64,000 nt of DNA from a plasmid. Numbering within the stretch: the stretch's first letter is position 1; each line of letters starts with the position of its first letter. The notes beneath the pieces were generated by a model. It did no database searches and was not told the origin of the DNA. It saw nothing but the letters and a program-made list of their open reading frames with translations. This document shows positions 10,273 through 21,016 of the stretch, in pieces. Location of the stretch: NCBI RefSeq assembly GCF_054482525.1, contig NZ_JBTHVG010000003.1, one strand, 5' to 3'. The position numbers were made by a program, and so were the translations under genes.

Positions 10273-10704
10273 TGATGATCTCCTGTCTTGTGAGAGACCA
10301 GTTATATCAGGGTGATTCAGTATTTCCGTTTAGAAAAGAGTACTAATTTGGCCCTGTTCGATCTTAATTTGCCATCCGGGAAAAAGTCATAGGGATAGGC
10401 CTGCCAGAGTCAATAACTTCCAGTGATCTGGAGGAGACCCCGGCTCTCTGAGCCCTCATGGATGGTACGGCTTTACCCCCTGTAAACAGATTCACGTTCC
10501 GCAGGACAAACATCGACTACTGACGTCTCATATTTGCTGACGCTAATCCGACGTCTCATTGCCGTCTGCTTGTTTTCTTTAAAGGGTGTATTAGACGAAT
10601 ATCAAATCGGAATGGTAGGGGATGTGTGGGCACCATGCCCGGCCCTCTTTGAGCATCTGAGAGATTGGAGACCTAGCCGGGTAAGATAGCTACTTTCTTA
10701 CGGG

Positions 10705-11073
10705 TTACCCTTCAAATCCAAAGACGAAACGGACGCTGCCGTTCTCCACGTGGAGACGCTTTACTTCTTCGACAAATTCCTGGATCACCTCTCCGGCGTT
10801 ATCGGGTGGTATGGCTGACAAAATTTCTTCCGAAGTCAGCCATGAGTATGAATGTTCACCGAATAAATCATCATCTTCGGACGGTATATCATCAGGTAAT
10901 CCGCGTAATGCGTGGATAAAAACTGCTGATGTGCTCGCCCTTTCACGATCTACATCAAATCCGAGCCAGGCAAAGTGGAGATATGATCGGTCCCCTTTAT
11001 AATTGCTTGATAAATTAATCCATTTACCAGGCTTTTCTTCCCTTTGAAATCGCCAGCAGATATCAACGCCCAT
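10705..11073 (-). CDS. Hypothetical protein
   Basis: GGAG upstream of ATG; 122 aa. Confidence 0.45.
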   Translation of the reverse strand: MGVDICWRFQREEKPGKWINLSSNYKGDRSYLHFAWLGFDVDRERASTSAVFIHALRGLPDDIPSEDDDLFGEHSYSWLTSEEILSAIPPDNAGEVIQEFVEEVKRLHVENGSVRFVFGFEG

Positions 11074-11237
11074 TAAGAAACTCCATTACTATCGTTCGTA
11101 TGAGATAACTATCATTTCAGAATACTATGACTTCTTCCCGTATAGAACTAATCGCTCACGCCAACTGGGCGAAGCCAACCGGTTCCGCCACTTCGCTCAT
11201 TGGTTTTTAGGCGTAAGCACTGAAGCCAGTCTCCATG

Positions 11238-11780
11238 CTAACTGGCGAGCCTGCGAAAGTCAGACTCGTTGTTATAAAGCGGCATATCGTAAGCGGTGTC
11301 TGAAATGAACATGCGGATCTGCTCAAGCGTCATGCCACAATGAAAACGGTTTACGCTCACATTGGCCCGGGGGAAGTCAGCACAAAACGCATTCAAAACA
11401 TTTTCATGGACAATGCCAATGTTGATCAACGCAGCTGGCCCGTTGTCACGGAAGGATACGACACGGAATCCCCCATACCAGCCTGAATGGGAGAAAAATG
11501 AAAATGCGCCGGATGCCAGACCATTAGACAGGTCATAGCGCAATTTCCCGCACAGAGACTGGCTGTCTTTGCTGTACACGCGATTAATGAAAATACCGGG
11601 ACCAACTTCTACCGGCTGCTTGTTGCTTGCTAAACACGGAAAGCCCACCAGCGAAACCTCCCTTTCTCCTGACCAGTTTACCTGATACCCGGCAGTGAGA
11701 AAGTCCGTCAGTTCTACGCCAGAAAGAGCATTAATGGCCGCGATATCGGTAGTCAAAATATTTACGTTTTTCATATTCAT
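11238..11780 (-). CDS. Hypothetical protein
   Basis: 180-aa ORF in the unidirectional block. Confidence 0.45.
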   Translation of the reverse strand: MNMKNVNILTTDIAAINALSGVELTDFLTAGYQVNWSGEREVSLVGFPCLASNKQPVEVGPGIFINRVYSKDSQSLCGKLRYDLSNGLASGAFSFFSHSGWYGGFRVVSFRDNGPAALINIGIVHENVLNAFCADFPRANVSVNRFHCGMTLEQIRMFISDTAYDMPLYNNESDFRRLAS

Positions 11781-11841
11781 CTCATCTTTATTCTAAAGTG
11801 CGTTTTTTGTCTATCAGCCCGAGGATTGAAAATTTGAATAT

Positions 11842-12279
11842 TTAATGTGACAGATAAATACCTGTCACTTTTTCAAAAACAGCCTGTAATTGAATATCGA
11901 GAGAGTTCATTTTAAAATCCACCAGCTCAGCTTTATTATCGCAAACCAAATAAAAATAGGAGTCAAATGCGTCTGTATCTTCATCTTTAAAAATACGGAA
12001 GGAATTAATTTTATCATGCCCTTCAAATTCGGCATGAATACCATAGCGAACCGAGCCGTCATCGAACTGAACAACCCGTCGTACAGAATTAATCCGGACG
12101 TACTGTTTTAAGGCCCTCGCGAAATCGGCATTTAACGCCAACGCTCGTAAGATTGAATCAGCGGTTTCATTCTGCTTTTTACGATCGTATTCAAATATCC
12201 CACAGCCGGTGTTACGAAAGACCGGCTGAAGAGCATTAACCAGGTTGAAGGAATCCACGTTTCTGTCGTTTCTGTACAT
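11842..12279 (-). CDS. Hypothetical protein
   Basis: 145-aa ORF; AGGAG upstream of ATG. Confidence 0.45.
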   Translation of the reverse strand: MYRNDRNVDSFNLVNALQPVFRNTGCGIFEYDRKKQNETADSILRALALNADFARALKQYVRINSVRRVVQFDDGSVRYGIHAEFEGHDKINSFRIFKDEDTDAFDSYFYLVCDNKAELVDFKMNSLDIQLQAVFEKVTGIYLSH

Positions 12280-12323
12280 GAGATATCTCCTGCCCCTCCG
12301 CTATACGAAGGGGCTTGATAGGG

Positions 12324-12620
12324 TTACTGCCAGGCTGCGATCACTTCTTCGCACTGGAAATGAGATAAGCACTGCTGGAGTAGAAGAGCCAGCACCGCTG
12401 TGTTAGGGACGCGATTGTTACACCACGCGTTGAAAAGCAGCTGCCATGGACCGGCATAATACCCGGCCAGTTTCTTTTTTTGTTTAGCTGTACGGCAGCG
12501 GGAAATGGCCTGCTGATAAAGGCTTTCATTCTCATCACCAGCCCGTTTTTGCAGAGTGCGATAAATATACGAATAAAGACTGTCAGAACAGTTTGAAGCG
12601 TACGCCAGTTGTTTTTTCAT
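12324..12620 (-). CDS. Hypothetical protein
   Basis: 98-aa ORF; conserved promoter cassette about 45 nt upstream. Confidence 0.45.
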   Translation of the reverse strand: MKKQLAYASNCSDSLYSYIYRTLQKRAGDENESLYQQAISRCRTAKQKKKLAGYYAGPWQLLFNAWCNNRVPNTAVLALLLQQCLSHFQCEEVIAAWQ

Positions 12621-12639
12621 AATACCTCCTGTTTAGAAG

Positions 12640-12676
12640 TATTATATGTAAACAGCCTCAGCGGCTAATAACCCGT
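12640..12676 (-). promoter_or_regulatory. Conserved promoter cassette
   Basis: Coding strand GGGTTATTAGCC, 16 nt, TATAAT, then RBS and ATG at 12620. Confidence 0.45.
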
Positions 12677-12740
12677 AGCAATATAATTTGCATTTTTTCT
12701 ATTTCTGAAGACGCTTTTTAAATTAATATTTACTGAGTTA

Positions 12741-13019
12741 TCACAACTTATTATTCTTCCCGTCTGCTGTTTTATTAATCCCCCAGTTAGTAATCACGCC
12801 AAGTCGGCGCAATTTTTCACGTTGTTCATAAATAAAAAAATCGCCAAGGCAGTCTTTTAAAACTTCACTATCCTGATATTTTATTTTTTGAAGCATCCTC
12901 GCAACTATGGCGCGTTTCAGGAATATGGCTGCATCAGACTCAAGCATTTGTGAGGACTGTCTGACGGTCTCCTGCATGTCGACGATACTGCTGAGCTTTC
13001 GTCTGACCACGCTTAGCAT
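12741..13019 (-). CDS. Hypothetical protein
   Basis: 92-aa ORF. Confidence 0.35.
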   Translation of the reverse strand: MLSVVRRKLSSIVDMQETVRQSSQMLESDAAIFLKRAIVARMLQKIKYQDSEVLKDCLGDFFIYEQREKLRRLGVITNWGINKTADGKNNKL

Positions 13020-13203
13020 AGTGTCCGGGAACCGCTTAGCGGCTGAATGTAACCCGCAACAACGTTACGCATTGTTTTACTCACTGCAATTTTCCATTTA
13101 AGTCTGTTTGTTCCACCAGCTGCTAACATCAGCGTTATTCATCCTGAGGTTTCGCCCGCGATTGACAGATCAGAGGCAGCATGGATGAAATTGCCAGAGT
13201 AGA

Positions 13204-13485
13204 TCACTGCATACGCGAATAGTGGTTTGTATTCAGTTCTGCGTTTGCCTGCTTTTCCAGTGCTGTCATAACCCGGCGGAGCATCGCCAGAGCCTGAACA
13301 GGCGAGCTCCCAAACTGCACTTTCACTTCAGCCGTATCATGATCCTGAATCAGGTCGAGTATATTCACTTCGATCCCTGCCCCGTTTTCATCTTTTGCCG
13401 TGCACTGAATACTTACCCGGGTCACCGAATCCGTCAGGACTGGCAGTGGGTTAGTTTTGTCTACGTTGATAACAGCCTTCTTCAT
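13204..13485 (-). CDS. Hypothetical protein
   Basis: 93-aa ORF immediately downstream of the ParB-like gene. Confidence 0.45.
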   Translation of the reverse strand: MKKAVINVDKTNPLPVLTDSVTRVSIQCTAKDENGAGIEVNILDLIQDHDTAEVKVQFGSSPVQALAMLRRVMTALEKQANAELNTNHYSRMQ

Positions 13486-13550
13486 TGCCCTGTTTCCCCT
13501 TGTCCTGAAAAAGTTACCGACCCGTCCGGATGGAGGGGTCGGTCAGAAAA

Positions 13551-14735
13551 TCATGACTGTCCCTTGTTCATCTTATCAGCATGCTTACGCAGGTACTCTT
13601 TCAGGTCAGCATGAGCGTTGATGATATCGTTCATTTCATCATTGGTCAGAACAAGCGTGTAAGTATCAGTACTGACAGATTCACCTTCTTTAAGCTTGGC
13701 TTCTTCAGCAATACGTTCAAAAATCGGGATCGCGGTGTCTGCAATGACGGTCACAGTCTTTTTGTTCAGAACGCTGGACATGGAAGGTGCTTTACCTGCC
13801 GGGTTCTGTTTAGGAGCGCTGTCCTTTGGAGCTGGAGCCGGTTCCTGTACCGGTGGCGTATCCAGCGTCTCCGTATTGCTTTCATCGTTCAGTTGATCCG
13901 GTACCGGGGTGTTATCGGTAGTATCATCTGCCGGTTGCTCAGCACCGATGTTTTCCGGAGTCTGCGGATCTGCCATGCGCTCTTCTACCTTGGCAGCTTT
14001 GACGAATTTCAGCGTGTTTTTCGTCGCCTTGCCATAGATGGAGATCGCTTTGTTGATGTTATCTACCGCATCCTCACCGCTGTACATATACTCGTCCAGT
14101 GCAACGTACATGCTCACCTGATCGCTCACAAGCATGGTCTGTAGTTCAGAAGGCAGGTCCAGTACGCGAACCATCTGGCGAAGATGCTGCTCTGATTTAC
14201 CACGTTTTTTTGCCAGTTCCGCAAAGGTCTTAGGCTCTTCTTTATCTTCAACCAGACGCTTAATTGAAAGCGCTTCAGCTACGACAGACAGCGCCAGGTT
14301 GGAGTTGCCGGTCAGGGTGAAGAGTTCTGCTTTTGAAGCGCTACCGCGAAACTCTTCGCAGCGAATACGAGTAATGCGTTCACGCCCTTCTGCTTCCAGC
14401 TGGCGGTTTGCAATAGCGATGGAACGGATACGGCAAGCCCCCTGACGCAGTACAGGTACGCCATTAACCATCTGAACAACGATAGGCGTCACGCTGAACG
14501 GGTCTTCCATGTAGGCATCGGCCAGGCTGTTCAGGTGTTCCACAACGTGAGGCATTGAATAGTAGAGCTCGCCCATACCGGCCGTGCGGGTGTTAAAGCC
14601 TTCCTGCTCTACAACAACCGAAGGGTCAATGATAAGGCCGTTGCCTTTACGGGCACCGTTACCAGTGCGTTCCAGGTAACCACGAAGGCTGATTTCGTTG
14701 CTGTTGTTTTTTACTTCAGTTTCGATTGCGGACAT
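13551..14735 (-). CDS. ParB/KorB-family DNA-binding protein (orphan, no adjacent ParA)
   Basis: ParB N-terminal-like segment PIVVQMVNGVPVLRQGACRIRS (compare GERRxRA); HTH-like segment LRQMVRVLDLPSELQTMLVSDQVS; Pro/Ala-rich linker; two copies of the 13-bp palindrome lie just upstream. Confidence 0.6.
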   Translation of the reverse strand: MSAIETEVKNNSNEISLRGYLERTGNGARKGNGLIIDPSVVVEQEGFNTRTAGMGELYYSMPHVVEHLNSLADAYMEDPFSVTPIVVQMVNGVPVLRQGACRIRSIAIANRQLEAEGRERITRIRCEEFRGSASKAELFTLTGNSNLALSVVAEALSIKRLVEDKEEPKTFAELAKKRGKSEQHLRQMVRVLDLPSELQTMLVSDQVSMYVALDEYMYSGEDAVDNINKAISIYGKATKNTLKFVKAAKVEERMADPQTPENIGAEQPADDTTDNTPVPDQLNDESNTETLDTPPVQEPAPAPKDSAPKQNPAGKAPSMSSVLNKKTVTVIADTAIPIFERIAEEAKLKEGESVSTDTYTLVLTNDEMNDIINAHADLKEYLRKHADKMNKGQS

Positions 14736-14825
14736 TTTTGTTCTCTTTTTTGGTTGGTTGTTTAACTGCGCTACAACACAACAATACCAGGTTCGACATT
14801 TTTCCTAATAGGTTGCGGAGAAGAA

Positions 14826-14836
14826 AAAGTAACTTT
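14826..14836. promoter_or_regulatory. Palindrome copy, first of two upstream of the ParB-like gene
   Basis: AAAAAGTAACTTTTT about 90 nt upstream of the start at 14735. Confidence 0.5.
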
Positions 14837-14951
14837 TTTTAAAAATTTTCCTGAGGCAATACTACTCGATCCGTCCGTTTTAAATCTTCACAACAGTGGG
14901 CCGTTTTTACGTTTAAGCAAAATAACTGGTTCAGAAGGTGACTCAGAGAGA

Positions 14952-14962
14952 AAAGTTACTTT
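14952..14962. promoter_or_regulatory. Palindrome copy, second of two upstream of the ParB-like gene
   Basis: AAAAGTTACTTTTCCGG. Confidence 0.5.
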
Positions 14963-15150
14963 TCCGGTTGTCTGGGCCAGTGATGGGAGAGTGGCAGGAC
15001 AGGAATGGCTAAACCGGTGCGGGTCTCTTGTAAGTCGCAGGGGATTCAGGAGATATAGAGGTAAACTGGTACGTTCAGTTTTTGGATTGAGCCGGGCTTT
15101 TGGCCCGGGCTTAAGGAAGCAGAAATTTGAACGAACTGGCAGGTAATGCT

Positions 15151-15327
15151 TTATGCCGCCGACAGCTGGCCGTCAGTGCTTTGCTGTTCTGGTTTGACAG
15201 TTGGGGGATAACCGGCAGTTAGCCGCTGGCATTCCGCATCACAGAAAGCCCTGAGGTTGCTGAAGACGGACTCCATGAAATCAGCATGAGCATACGAGTC
15301 TACAGGACGTGTCTTGTTATCTTTCAT
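15151..15327 (-). CDS. Small hypothetical protein
   Basis: Internal ATG at 15327 preceded by GAGGAG; 58 aa. Confidence 0.35.
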   Translation of the reverse strand: MKDNKTRPVDSYAHADFMESVFSNLRAFCDAECQRLTAGYPPTVKPEQQSTDGQLSAA

Positions 15328-15836
15328 CTTGTTCTCCTCAATCATTATTAAAACCAGCGGATTTAGTTTCTGGCGCTCCATCTGCTGACCGGCTTTCCCA
15401 GAGAGCAGCGATGTGTCGGGTTCTTTTTCTCATTTTATCGTTTTCATCGGGCCCATCCGGGCGTATAAGAGACCGATTTGGCATGTTTAGGAAACGTACT
15501 GGCGTAATTAAAAGCTGAGGTTGGATTTGGAATAAAAGGATGCTTTTCCCGTTTGTCGGGTCTTTCGCCACCGCTGCACGATGATTCTGTCAGGCATTCT
15601 GCGCCCTCCCAGGCTGCACATCTGGAAACAAGCGTTGGGATGTTCCCTTCCCCTGCTCACCGTAGAAAGATCGGCAAGTCCCGACGGTCGTTCCGTACGA
15701 GCCGGGTCCAAATAATGAATAAATAAAACGCCGCTTCAATTGTATTGACAATAGAAGTCAGGAGGATCATAGTGTCATTCATGGTGCGGCTTTCACACCA
15801 CCGCCCCGGCGGTACCGGGCAGAACTGGAGTACCTC

Positions 15837-16781
15837 ATGAAACTTTCCCGTCAGACGACTTCTGATACTTCTGTTGATGGCCGTTCACGCGCATATGCCT
15901 GGGGCCGTGTCCATTATTTCATTATCGAACATGCACCAATGGCTGAGCTGGTCGCTATTGACGAGCTGCTGGAAAAAGCTGGCTGGAGCAATGACGGCTG
16001 TCCGAACTATGAGAAAGATGACGAGTTTGGTAATGCTGGTTACAGCTGTGGTTACTGGATCGATATTGACAGCGTGGGAAGCTTCAAGGCTGACTACAAA
16101 CGTCTTAAGGGGGAGATTAGTGCGCATATCGCCTCAAAGGCGGCAGAGGTGGAGATCCGCGTACTGGACTCGATGTCCGACAAAGAATGTAAAGATGTTG
16201 CCTCGGTGGCATCTACTGTTCGCCGTGACTTACGTACGCAGTCCGAATCGCTTCATTCACTGCGTACAATCGTAACGGTTGATCATTACAATCCCTATGT
16301 GACCACCAGCCGCCCGCTGAGCATTTCCGCCTGGACACTTATCCACGACTGTCTGAAAACAGGCACCATCAATGACGTCTGTTCACGGTTGAGTTCATTA
16401 ATCCTGCACTCTGAAGCCGCGATTGCCCGTTGTAAGGGAAGCTCCGACTACTCTTCGGAACACGCTCAGCTATCGTTTTTTGCTGGTAACGACTATGTCA
16501 CCAGACGCACCCTTGTTGATGCAGCTCACGAAGAGGCTCTGCGAATGAACCGCCGCTTTGATGAACGCATTGCAATGAACGCGGATTCTGATGCCAGAAG
16601 GCTCCAGTGCGAATTCAACCTTAGCAACCATGTCGTACAGCGTAGGACCGTTGAATCTGCTCATATCCAGGCACTCAATGAAGACGTCACCCGTTCACAG
16701 GCGGAACCACGCTGCCCTGGAAAGCTTCTTCTGAATATGACCAGTCATGAGGAAGTGCGGGACTCACTGAGCGCCTGTTAG
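15837..16781 (+). CDS. Hypothetical protein (first gene of a plus-strand 4-gene cluster)
   Basis: GGAG upstream; TTGACA-like -35 at about 15752; 314 aa. Confidence 0.5.
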   Translation: MKLSRQTTSDTSVDGRSRAYAWGRVHYFIIEHAPMAELVAIDELLEKAGWSNDGCPNYEKDDEFGNAGYSCGYWIDIDSVGSFKADYKRLKGEISAHIASKAAEVEIRVLDSMSDKECKDVASVASTVRRDLRTQSESLHSLRTIVTVDHYNPYVTTSRPLSISAWTLIHDCLKTGTINDVCSRLSSLILHSEAAIARCKGSSDYSSEHAQLSFFAGNDYVTRRTLVDAAHEEALRMNRRFDERIAMNADSDARRLQCEFNLSNHVVQRRTVESAHIQALNEDVTRSQAEPRCPGKLLLNMTSHEEVRDSLSAC

Positions 16782-16877
16782 TCCAGCGACACCCCCTGCG
16801 GCTCTACTACCGGGCCGCAGTCTGCTCCTGCCCAGATGGTGCCAGTGGTGTAATGAATTTGTTTAATAAGGCTAAGT

Positions 16878-17480
16878 ATGATGAATAAAGAACAACTAAT
16901 CGACAAACTGGAACGCGTGGTATGTGGTCAGTACTCCTACGAAATGCAGGAGCTTGCGTATTCGGCCCTCTGCTGCATTAAAGGCACCCCGGACGACTGC
17001 GCTAAGTTCCCTGTTACGCGTCCGCTGCCTGACACCTTAGTGGACGTATGGGACGAAATCGGGCAATACCTTGGCACAGGCAAAGCCATTGAAACTCGCA
17101 GTTGCGGCGTTTCGCTTCTGCTTCATGGACACTGCTACGATTCAAATCATGTGCTTTACTGGCGCAATGCTGGCGCACTTCCAGCAGCTTGCGATACGCC
17201 ACTGGCTGGTGGGTCTCGCAAACTGTTCACCTGCTCAGCCTGTGGAGTGGACGGTCTGGATGAACCACCTGAAACCAGTTGCCACTGCTGCACAGAGGGG
17301 GCCCACTGGGTTGAGAGCAGGCTCTTCACCTCCGGGCAGGCAGACCCTGAAGAATTTAGACCCGTGGCGGTCGTGAAAGAGTGTGCAGGCTCAACGCCGG
17401 ATGATCGGCTTATCTGGAGTGTGATTGAACAGCTCAACGGCGAACTGGCGGAAGGCGATAAACTATTTAAGCGACGCTGA
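16878..17480 (+). CDS. Cysteine-rich hypothetical protein
   Basis: 200 aa with many Cys (CxxC-like pairs). Confidence 0.5.
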   Translation: MMNKEQLIDKLERVVCGQYSYEMQELAYSALCCIKGTPDDCAKFPVTRPLPDTLVDVWDEIGQYLGTGKAIETRSCGVSLLLHGHCYDSNHVLYWRNAGALPAACDTPLAGGSRKLFTCSACGVDGLDEPPETSCHCCTEGAHWVESRLFTSGQADPEEFRPVAVVKECAGSTPDDRLIWSVIEQLNGELAEGDKLFKRR

Positions 17481-17533
17481 CAGATCACGGCAGCATTTAT
17501 AACAGACGAACTCCAGAATAATTTAAAGCAACC

Positions 17534-17890
17534 ATGAACATGAAAAAGCCCAAAGCTGCATTACAGAATGCCATGAAAGAAGATGTGCCAGCTGTGACAC
17601 AGATTCAGATGCGATCTACGGTTTCCAGAAAGGTTCGCTATGTAAAACAGGCAAATCGAGAGGGTCTGAAATTATCTGAGTGGATGTCGCGGCATCTCGA
17701 CGCTGTCTGTGATACCGCAGATGAGATTCATAAAGGCAAACGCTCAACTCCGGTTGCGCCTGGGAAGATTCCCCCAGAGGTATACCAGGTGATATACGAT
17801 CAGTGCGGCGGGTTCGTGGAGTGTGATGCTAATGCCCAGGTTATCTGGGAAGCCTGCCGTAATGCCATTCTTAACGGAGACAAAGGGTAA
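17534..17890 (+). CDS. Hypothetical protein
   Basis: 118-aa basic protein. Confidence 0.45.
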   Translation: MNMKKPKAALQNAMKEDVPAVTQIQMRSTVSRKVRYVKQANREGLKLSEWMSRHLDAVCDTADEIHKGKRSTPVAPGKIPPEVYQVIYDQCGGFVECDANAQVIWEACRNAILNGDKG

Positions 17891-17935
17891 ACGGCAGGTA
17901 TCGCCTGTCATTTTACCCTTGTGAGGACAATACTG

Positions 17936-18139
17936 ATGAACCATGAGAGCCGAACTGTATACCTGAACACGGCCATTGAGGCCCTGCTGAAAGCTGAGGC
18001 GGCTCTGAACGATCTGGCATTAGCCTATGAGCTTAAACCTGATGAAAAGGCAAGCGCATGCCATCCCAGAACCGGCACACTTTCCACTGCGTCCCAGGTA
18101 AAAAAACTCCGCCGTGTCCTTGAGAAGCAGAAGGTATGA
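17936..18139 (+). CDS. Small hypothetical protein
   Basis: ATG at 17936 with GAGGA upstream; 67 aa. Confidence 0.35.
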   Translation: MNHESRTVYLNTAIEALLKAEAALNDLALAYELKPDEKASACHPRTGTLSTASQVKKLRRVLEKQKV

Positions 18140-18545
18140 AGGGCTGCATCAGCCAGGCCCGGATATAAATACATGCTCTGCCAGGTGAGTACCACTGCCC
18201 GGTAGCCGAATGATAAGTTTTGATTTCACGGTTGCAATTTCTCCCTCTGGCATCACTGCTCCACGATGCACCCCGATCAGCTTAGCGTCTGAAAATGAAG
18301 ATGCACCGGACCTGCATGAAGCGGAACGGTGCCCAGCTGAGTGTTTGTGGGCACAATGAACCGCAATTTCATGATGGGAATGAAAGATGGCTGGTGGCCC
18401 GCTGATATGAACGCTTACCCTGCATAACGTTACTAACCACAATCTTTTCACTAAAAGAAAAAAGGGTTCCTCCGCTTTAGAGGAACCCTTTCAAAAGGTG
18501 CCGATGGCATACTAATCCACACCCTGAAAAGAGGGGGGTTGCCCC

Positions 18546-19884
18546 CATAAGCGCTAACTTAAGGGTTGTGGTATTACGCCTGATATGATTTAACGTGCCG
18601 ATGAATTACTCTCACGATAACTGGTCAGCAATTCTGGCCCATATTGGTAAGCCCGAAGAACTGGATACTTCGGCACGTAATGCCGGGGCTCTAACCCGCC
18701 GCCGCGAAATTCGTGATGCTGCAACTCTGCTACGTCTGGGGCTGGCTTACGGCCCCGGGGGGATGTCATTACGTGAAGTCACTGCATGGGCTCAGCTCCA
18801 TGACGTTGCAACATTATCTGACGTGGCTCTCCTGAAGCGGCTGCGGAATGCCGCCGACTGGTTTGGCATACTTGCCGCACAAACACTTGCTGTACGCGCC
18901 GCAGTTACGGGTTGTACAAGCGGAAAGAGATTGCGTCTTGTCGATGGAACAGCAATCAGTGCGCCCGGGGGCGGCAGCGCTGAATGGCGACTACATATGG
19001 GATATGATCCTCATACCTGTCAGTTCACTGATTTTGAGCTAACCGACAGCAGAGACGCTGAACGGCTGGACCGATTTGCGCAAACGGCAGACGAGATACG
19101 CATTGCTGACCGGGGATTCGGTTCGCGTCCCGAATGTATCCGCTCACTTGCTTTTGGAGAAGCTGATTATATCGTCCGGGTTCACTGGCGAGGATTGCGC
19201 TGGTTAACTGCAGAAGGAATGCGCTTTGACATGATGGGTTTTCTGCGCGGGCTGGATTGCGGTAAGAACGGTGAAACCACTGTAATGATAGGCAATTCAG
19301 GTAATAAAAAAGCCGGAGCTCCCTTTCCGGCACGTCTCATTGCCGTATCACTTCCTCCCGAAAAAGCATTAATCAGTAAAACCCGACTGCTCAGCGAGAA
19401 TCGTCGAAAAGGACGAGTAGTTCAGGCGGAAACGCTGGAAGCAGCGGGCCATGTGCTATTGCTAACATCATTACCGGAAGATGAATATTCAGCAGAGCAA
19501 GTGGCTGATTGTTACCGTCTGCGATGGCAAATTGAACTGGCTTTTAAGCGGCTCAAAAGTTTGCTGCACCTGGATGCTTTGCGTGCAAAGGAACCTGAAC
19601 TCGCGAAAGCGTGGATATTTGCTAATCTACTCGCCGCATTTTTAATTGACGACATAATCCAGCCATCGCTGGATTTCCCCCCCAGAAGTGCCGGATCCGA
19701 AAAGAAGAACTAACTCGTTGTGGAGAATAACAAAAATGGTCATCTGGAGCTTACAGGTGGCCATTCGTGGGACAGTATCCCTGACAGCCTACAAAACGCA
19801 ATTGAAGAACGCGAGGCATCGTCTTAACGAGGCACCGAGGCGTCGCATTCTTCAGATGGTTCAACCCTTAAGTTAGCGCTTATG
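18546..19884 (+). mobile_element. IS186 (IS4 family) insertion sequence, complete
   Basis: Terminal inverted repeats CATAAGCGCTAACTTAAGGGTTG at both ends; 11-bp direct target duplication GGGGTTGCCCC (18535-18545 and 19885-19895); inserted in a GC-rich palindrome. Confidence 0.9.
18595..19713 (+). CDS. IS186 transposase
   Basis: 372-aa ORF recognised as the IS186/IS4-family transposase, framed by the IS186 inverted repeats. Confidence 0.9.
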   Translation: MPMNYSHDNWSAILAHIGKPEELDTSARNAGALTRRREIRDAATLLRLGLAYGPGGMSLREVTAWAQLHDVATLSDVALLKRLRNAADWFGILAAQTLAVRAAVTGCTSGKRLRLVDGTAISAPGGGSAEWRLHMGYDPHTCQFTDFELTDSRDAERLDRFAQTADEIRIADRGFGSRPECIRSLAFGEADYIVRVHWRGLRWLTAEGMRFDMMGFLRGLDCGKNGETTVMIGNSGNKKAGAPFPARLIAVSLPPEKALISKTRLLSENRRKGRVVQAETLEAAGHVLLLTSLPEDEYSAEQVADCYRLRWQIELAFKRLKSLLHLDALRAKEPELAKAWIFANLLAAFLIDDIIQPSLDFPPRSAGSEKKN

Positions 19885-19907
19885 GGGGTTGCCCCCCTCT
19901 TTGTCAG

Positions 19908-20066
19908 CTACTTACCGGATTCGTAGGCCAGGATAGCAAATACCTCCCTTGTTCCGTCTTTCATCCGCAACTCGCAAAGCGAGTTTCGTGTGAGCCAGGT
20001 GAATATCAACAGCGTTAAACAAACTATTAATATGCACAAAACAATGGGTTGGTTCGGCATTTTCAT
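19908..20066 (-). CDS. hok: Hok/Gef-family type I toxin (plasmid hok/flm-like)
   Basis: [52 protein letters not shown] resembles plasmid Hok; upstream GCAAGGAGAAGAAGGCC-ATG and the overlapping mok-like start are conserved. Confidence 0.8.
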   Translation of the reverse strand: MKMPNQPIVLCILIVCLTLLIFTWLTRNSLCELRMKDGTREVFAILAYESGK

Positions 20067-20164
20067 GGCCTTCTTCTCCTTGCATTTAAGCAGGCAAGAG
20101 GCTACGCTGTGTGTGACTAGCATACAGGGGCCTCGGGTTGTACTGACCCCAGAAAGTTGGACAG

Positions 20165-21016
20165 TTAAACACGAGGCATATAGGTCTGATTCCGATATTC
20201 AATTGGAGTCAGACCTTTTAATTTCAGGCTAATTCTTCTGCTGTTGTAGTATTCAATATATTCCGTAACAGCATCCTTCAGCTCGCTTATATTACTGAAC
20301 TCATCAAGATAAAAACACTCCGACTTTAAGGTTCCAAAGAAACACTCCACCACAGCATTATCCAGACAATTGCCTTTTCTGGACATGCTTTGTTTAATAC
20401 CATGTTCTTTAAGGATATTTTGATATCTTCTCATACGATACTGCCATCCCTGGTCAGAGTGCAGAACAGGATGCTCGTGAGGATTAAGCTTTTTGAATGC
20501 CTGATCGAGCATATTCTCGACCATGTTCATCACTGGTCTTTCCGAAAGGCTGTAAGAAATAACTTCGTTGTTGAAGAGATCTATTACTGGAGACAAATAC
20601 AGCTTGCGCCCATTGACTGCAAATTCAGTAACATCGGTAACCCACTTCTCGTTTGGCCGCGTAGCCTTGAAATCTCTTTGGAGAACATTGGGGGCGGTTT
20701 GCCCTACCTCTCCTCTGTAAGAGCGGTATCGCTTGACCTTAATCGCTGCCTTCAGTGAGAGGATTCCCATCAGGCGCTGAACAGCTTTATGGTTAATCTG
20801 TTTCCCTTCTCGATGAAGAGACAGCGTTACCCTACGGTATCCGTATCGGCCTCTATTCTCATGATAAATCTCACCAATACGCTTTTTAACGTCCGCATAC
20901 TTGTCAGGCTTGCTGAGAGCCTTTAGATGGTAATAAAACGTACTGCGCGGTATCTCCGCAGCCCTGAGAAGCTCATCAAGAGGATAAAACTGCCTTAGCT
21001 CGTTGAGTACTTTCAC
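20165..21016 (-). CDS. insK: IS150 orfB (InsK), DDE transposase domain
   Basis: 283 aa, IS3-family integrase/transposase core. Confidence 0.85.
   Translation of the reverse strand: MKVLNELRQFYPLDELLRAAEIPRSTFYYHLKALSKPDKYADVKKRIGEIYHENRGRYGYRRVTLSLHREGKQINHKAVQRLMGILSLKAAIKVKRYRSYRGEVGQTAPNVLQRDFKATRPNEKWVTDVTEFAVNGRKLYLSPVIDLFNNEVISYSLSERPVMNMVENMLDQAFKKLNPHEHPVLHSDQGWQYRMRRYQNILKEHGIKQSMSRKGNCLDNAVVECFFGTLKSECFYLDEFSNISELKDAVTEYIEYYNSRRISLKLKGLTPIEYRNQTYMPRV

Noticed and set aside
13581-14445. Plus-strand ORFs (187, 66 and 103 aa) overlapping the ParB-like gene
   Set aside because: They are antisense to a gene with clear family motifs and show low-complexity composition.
18149-18451. 100-aa minus-strand ORF next to IS186
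   Set aside because: Composition atypical of the neighbouring genes and no RBS. The region is more likely 3' untranslated sequence with a hairpin.
19908-20123. 71-aa extended form of the hok ORF
   Set aside because: Hok family proteins are about 50 aa and the conserved RBS precedes the internal ATG at 20066.
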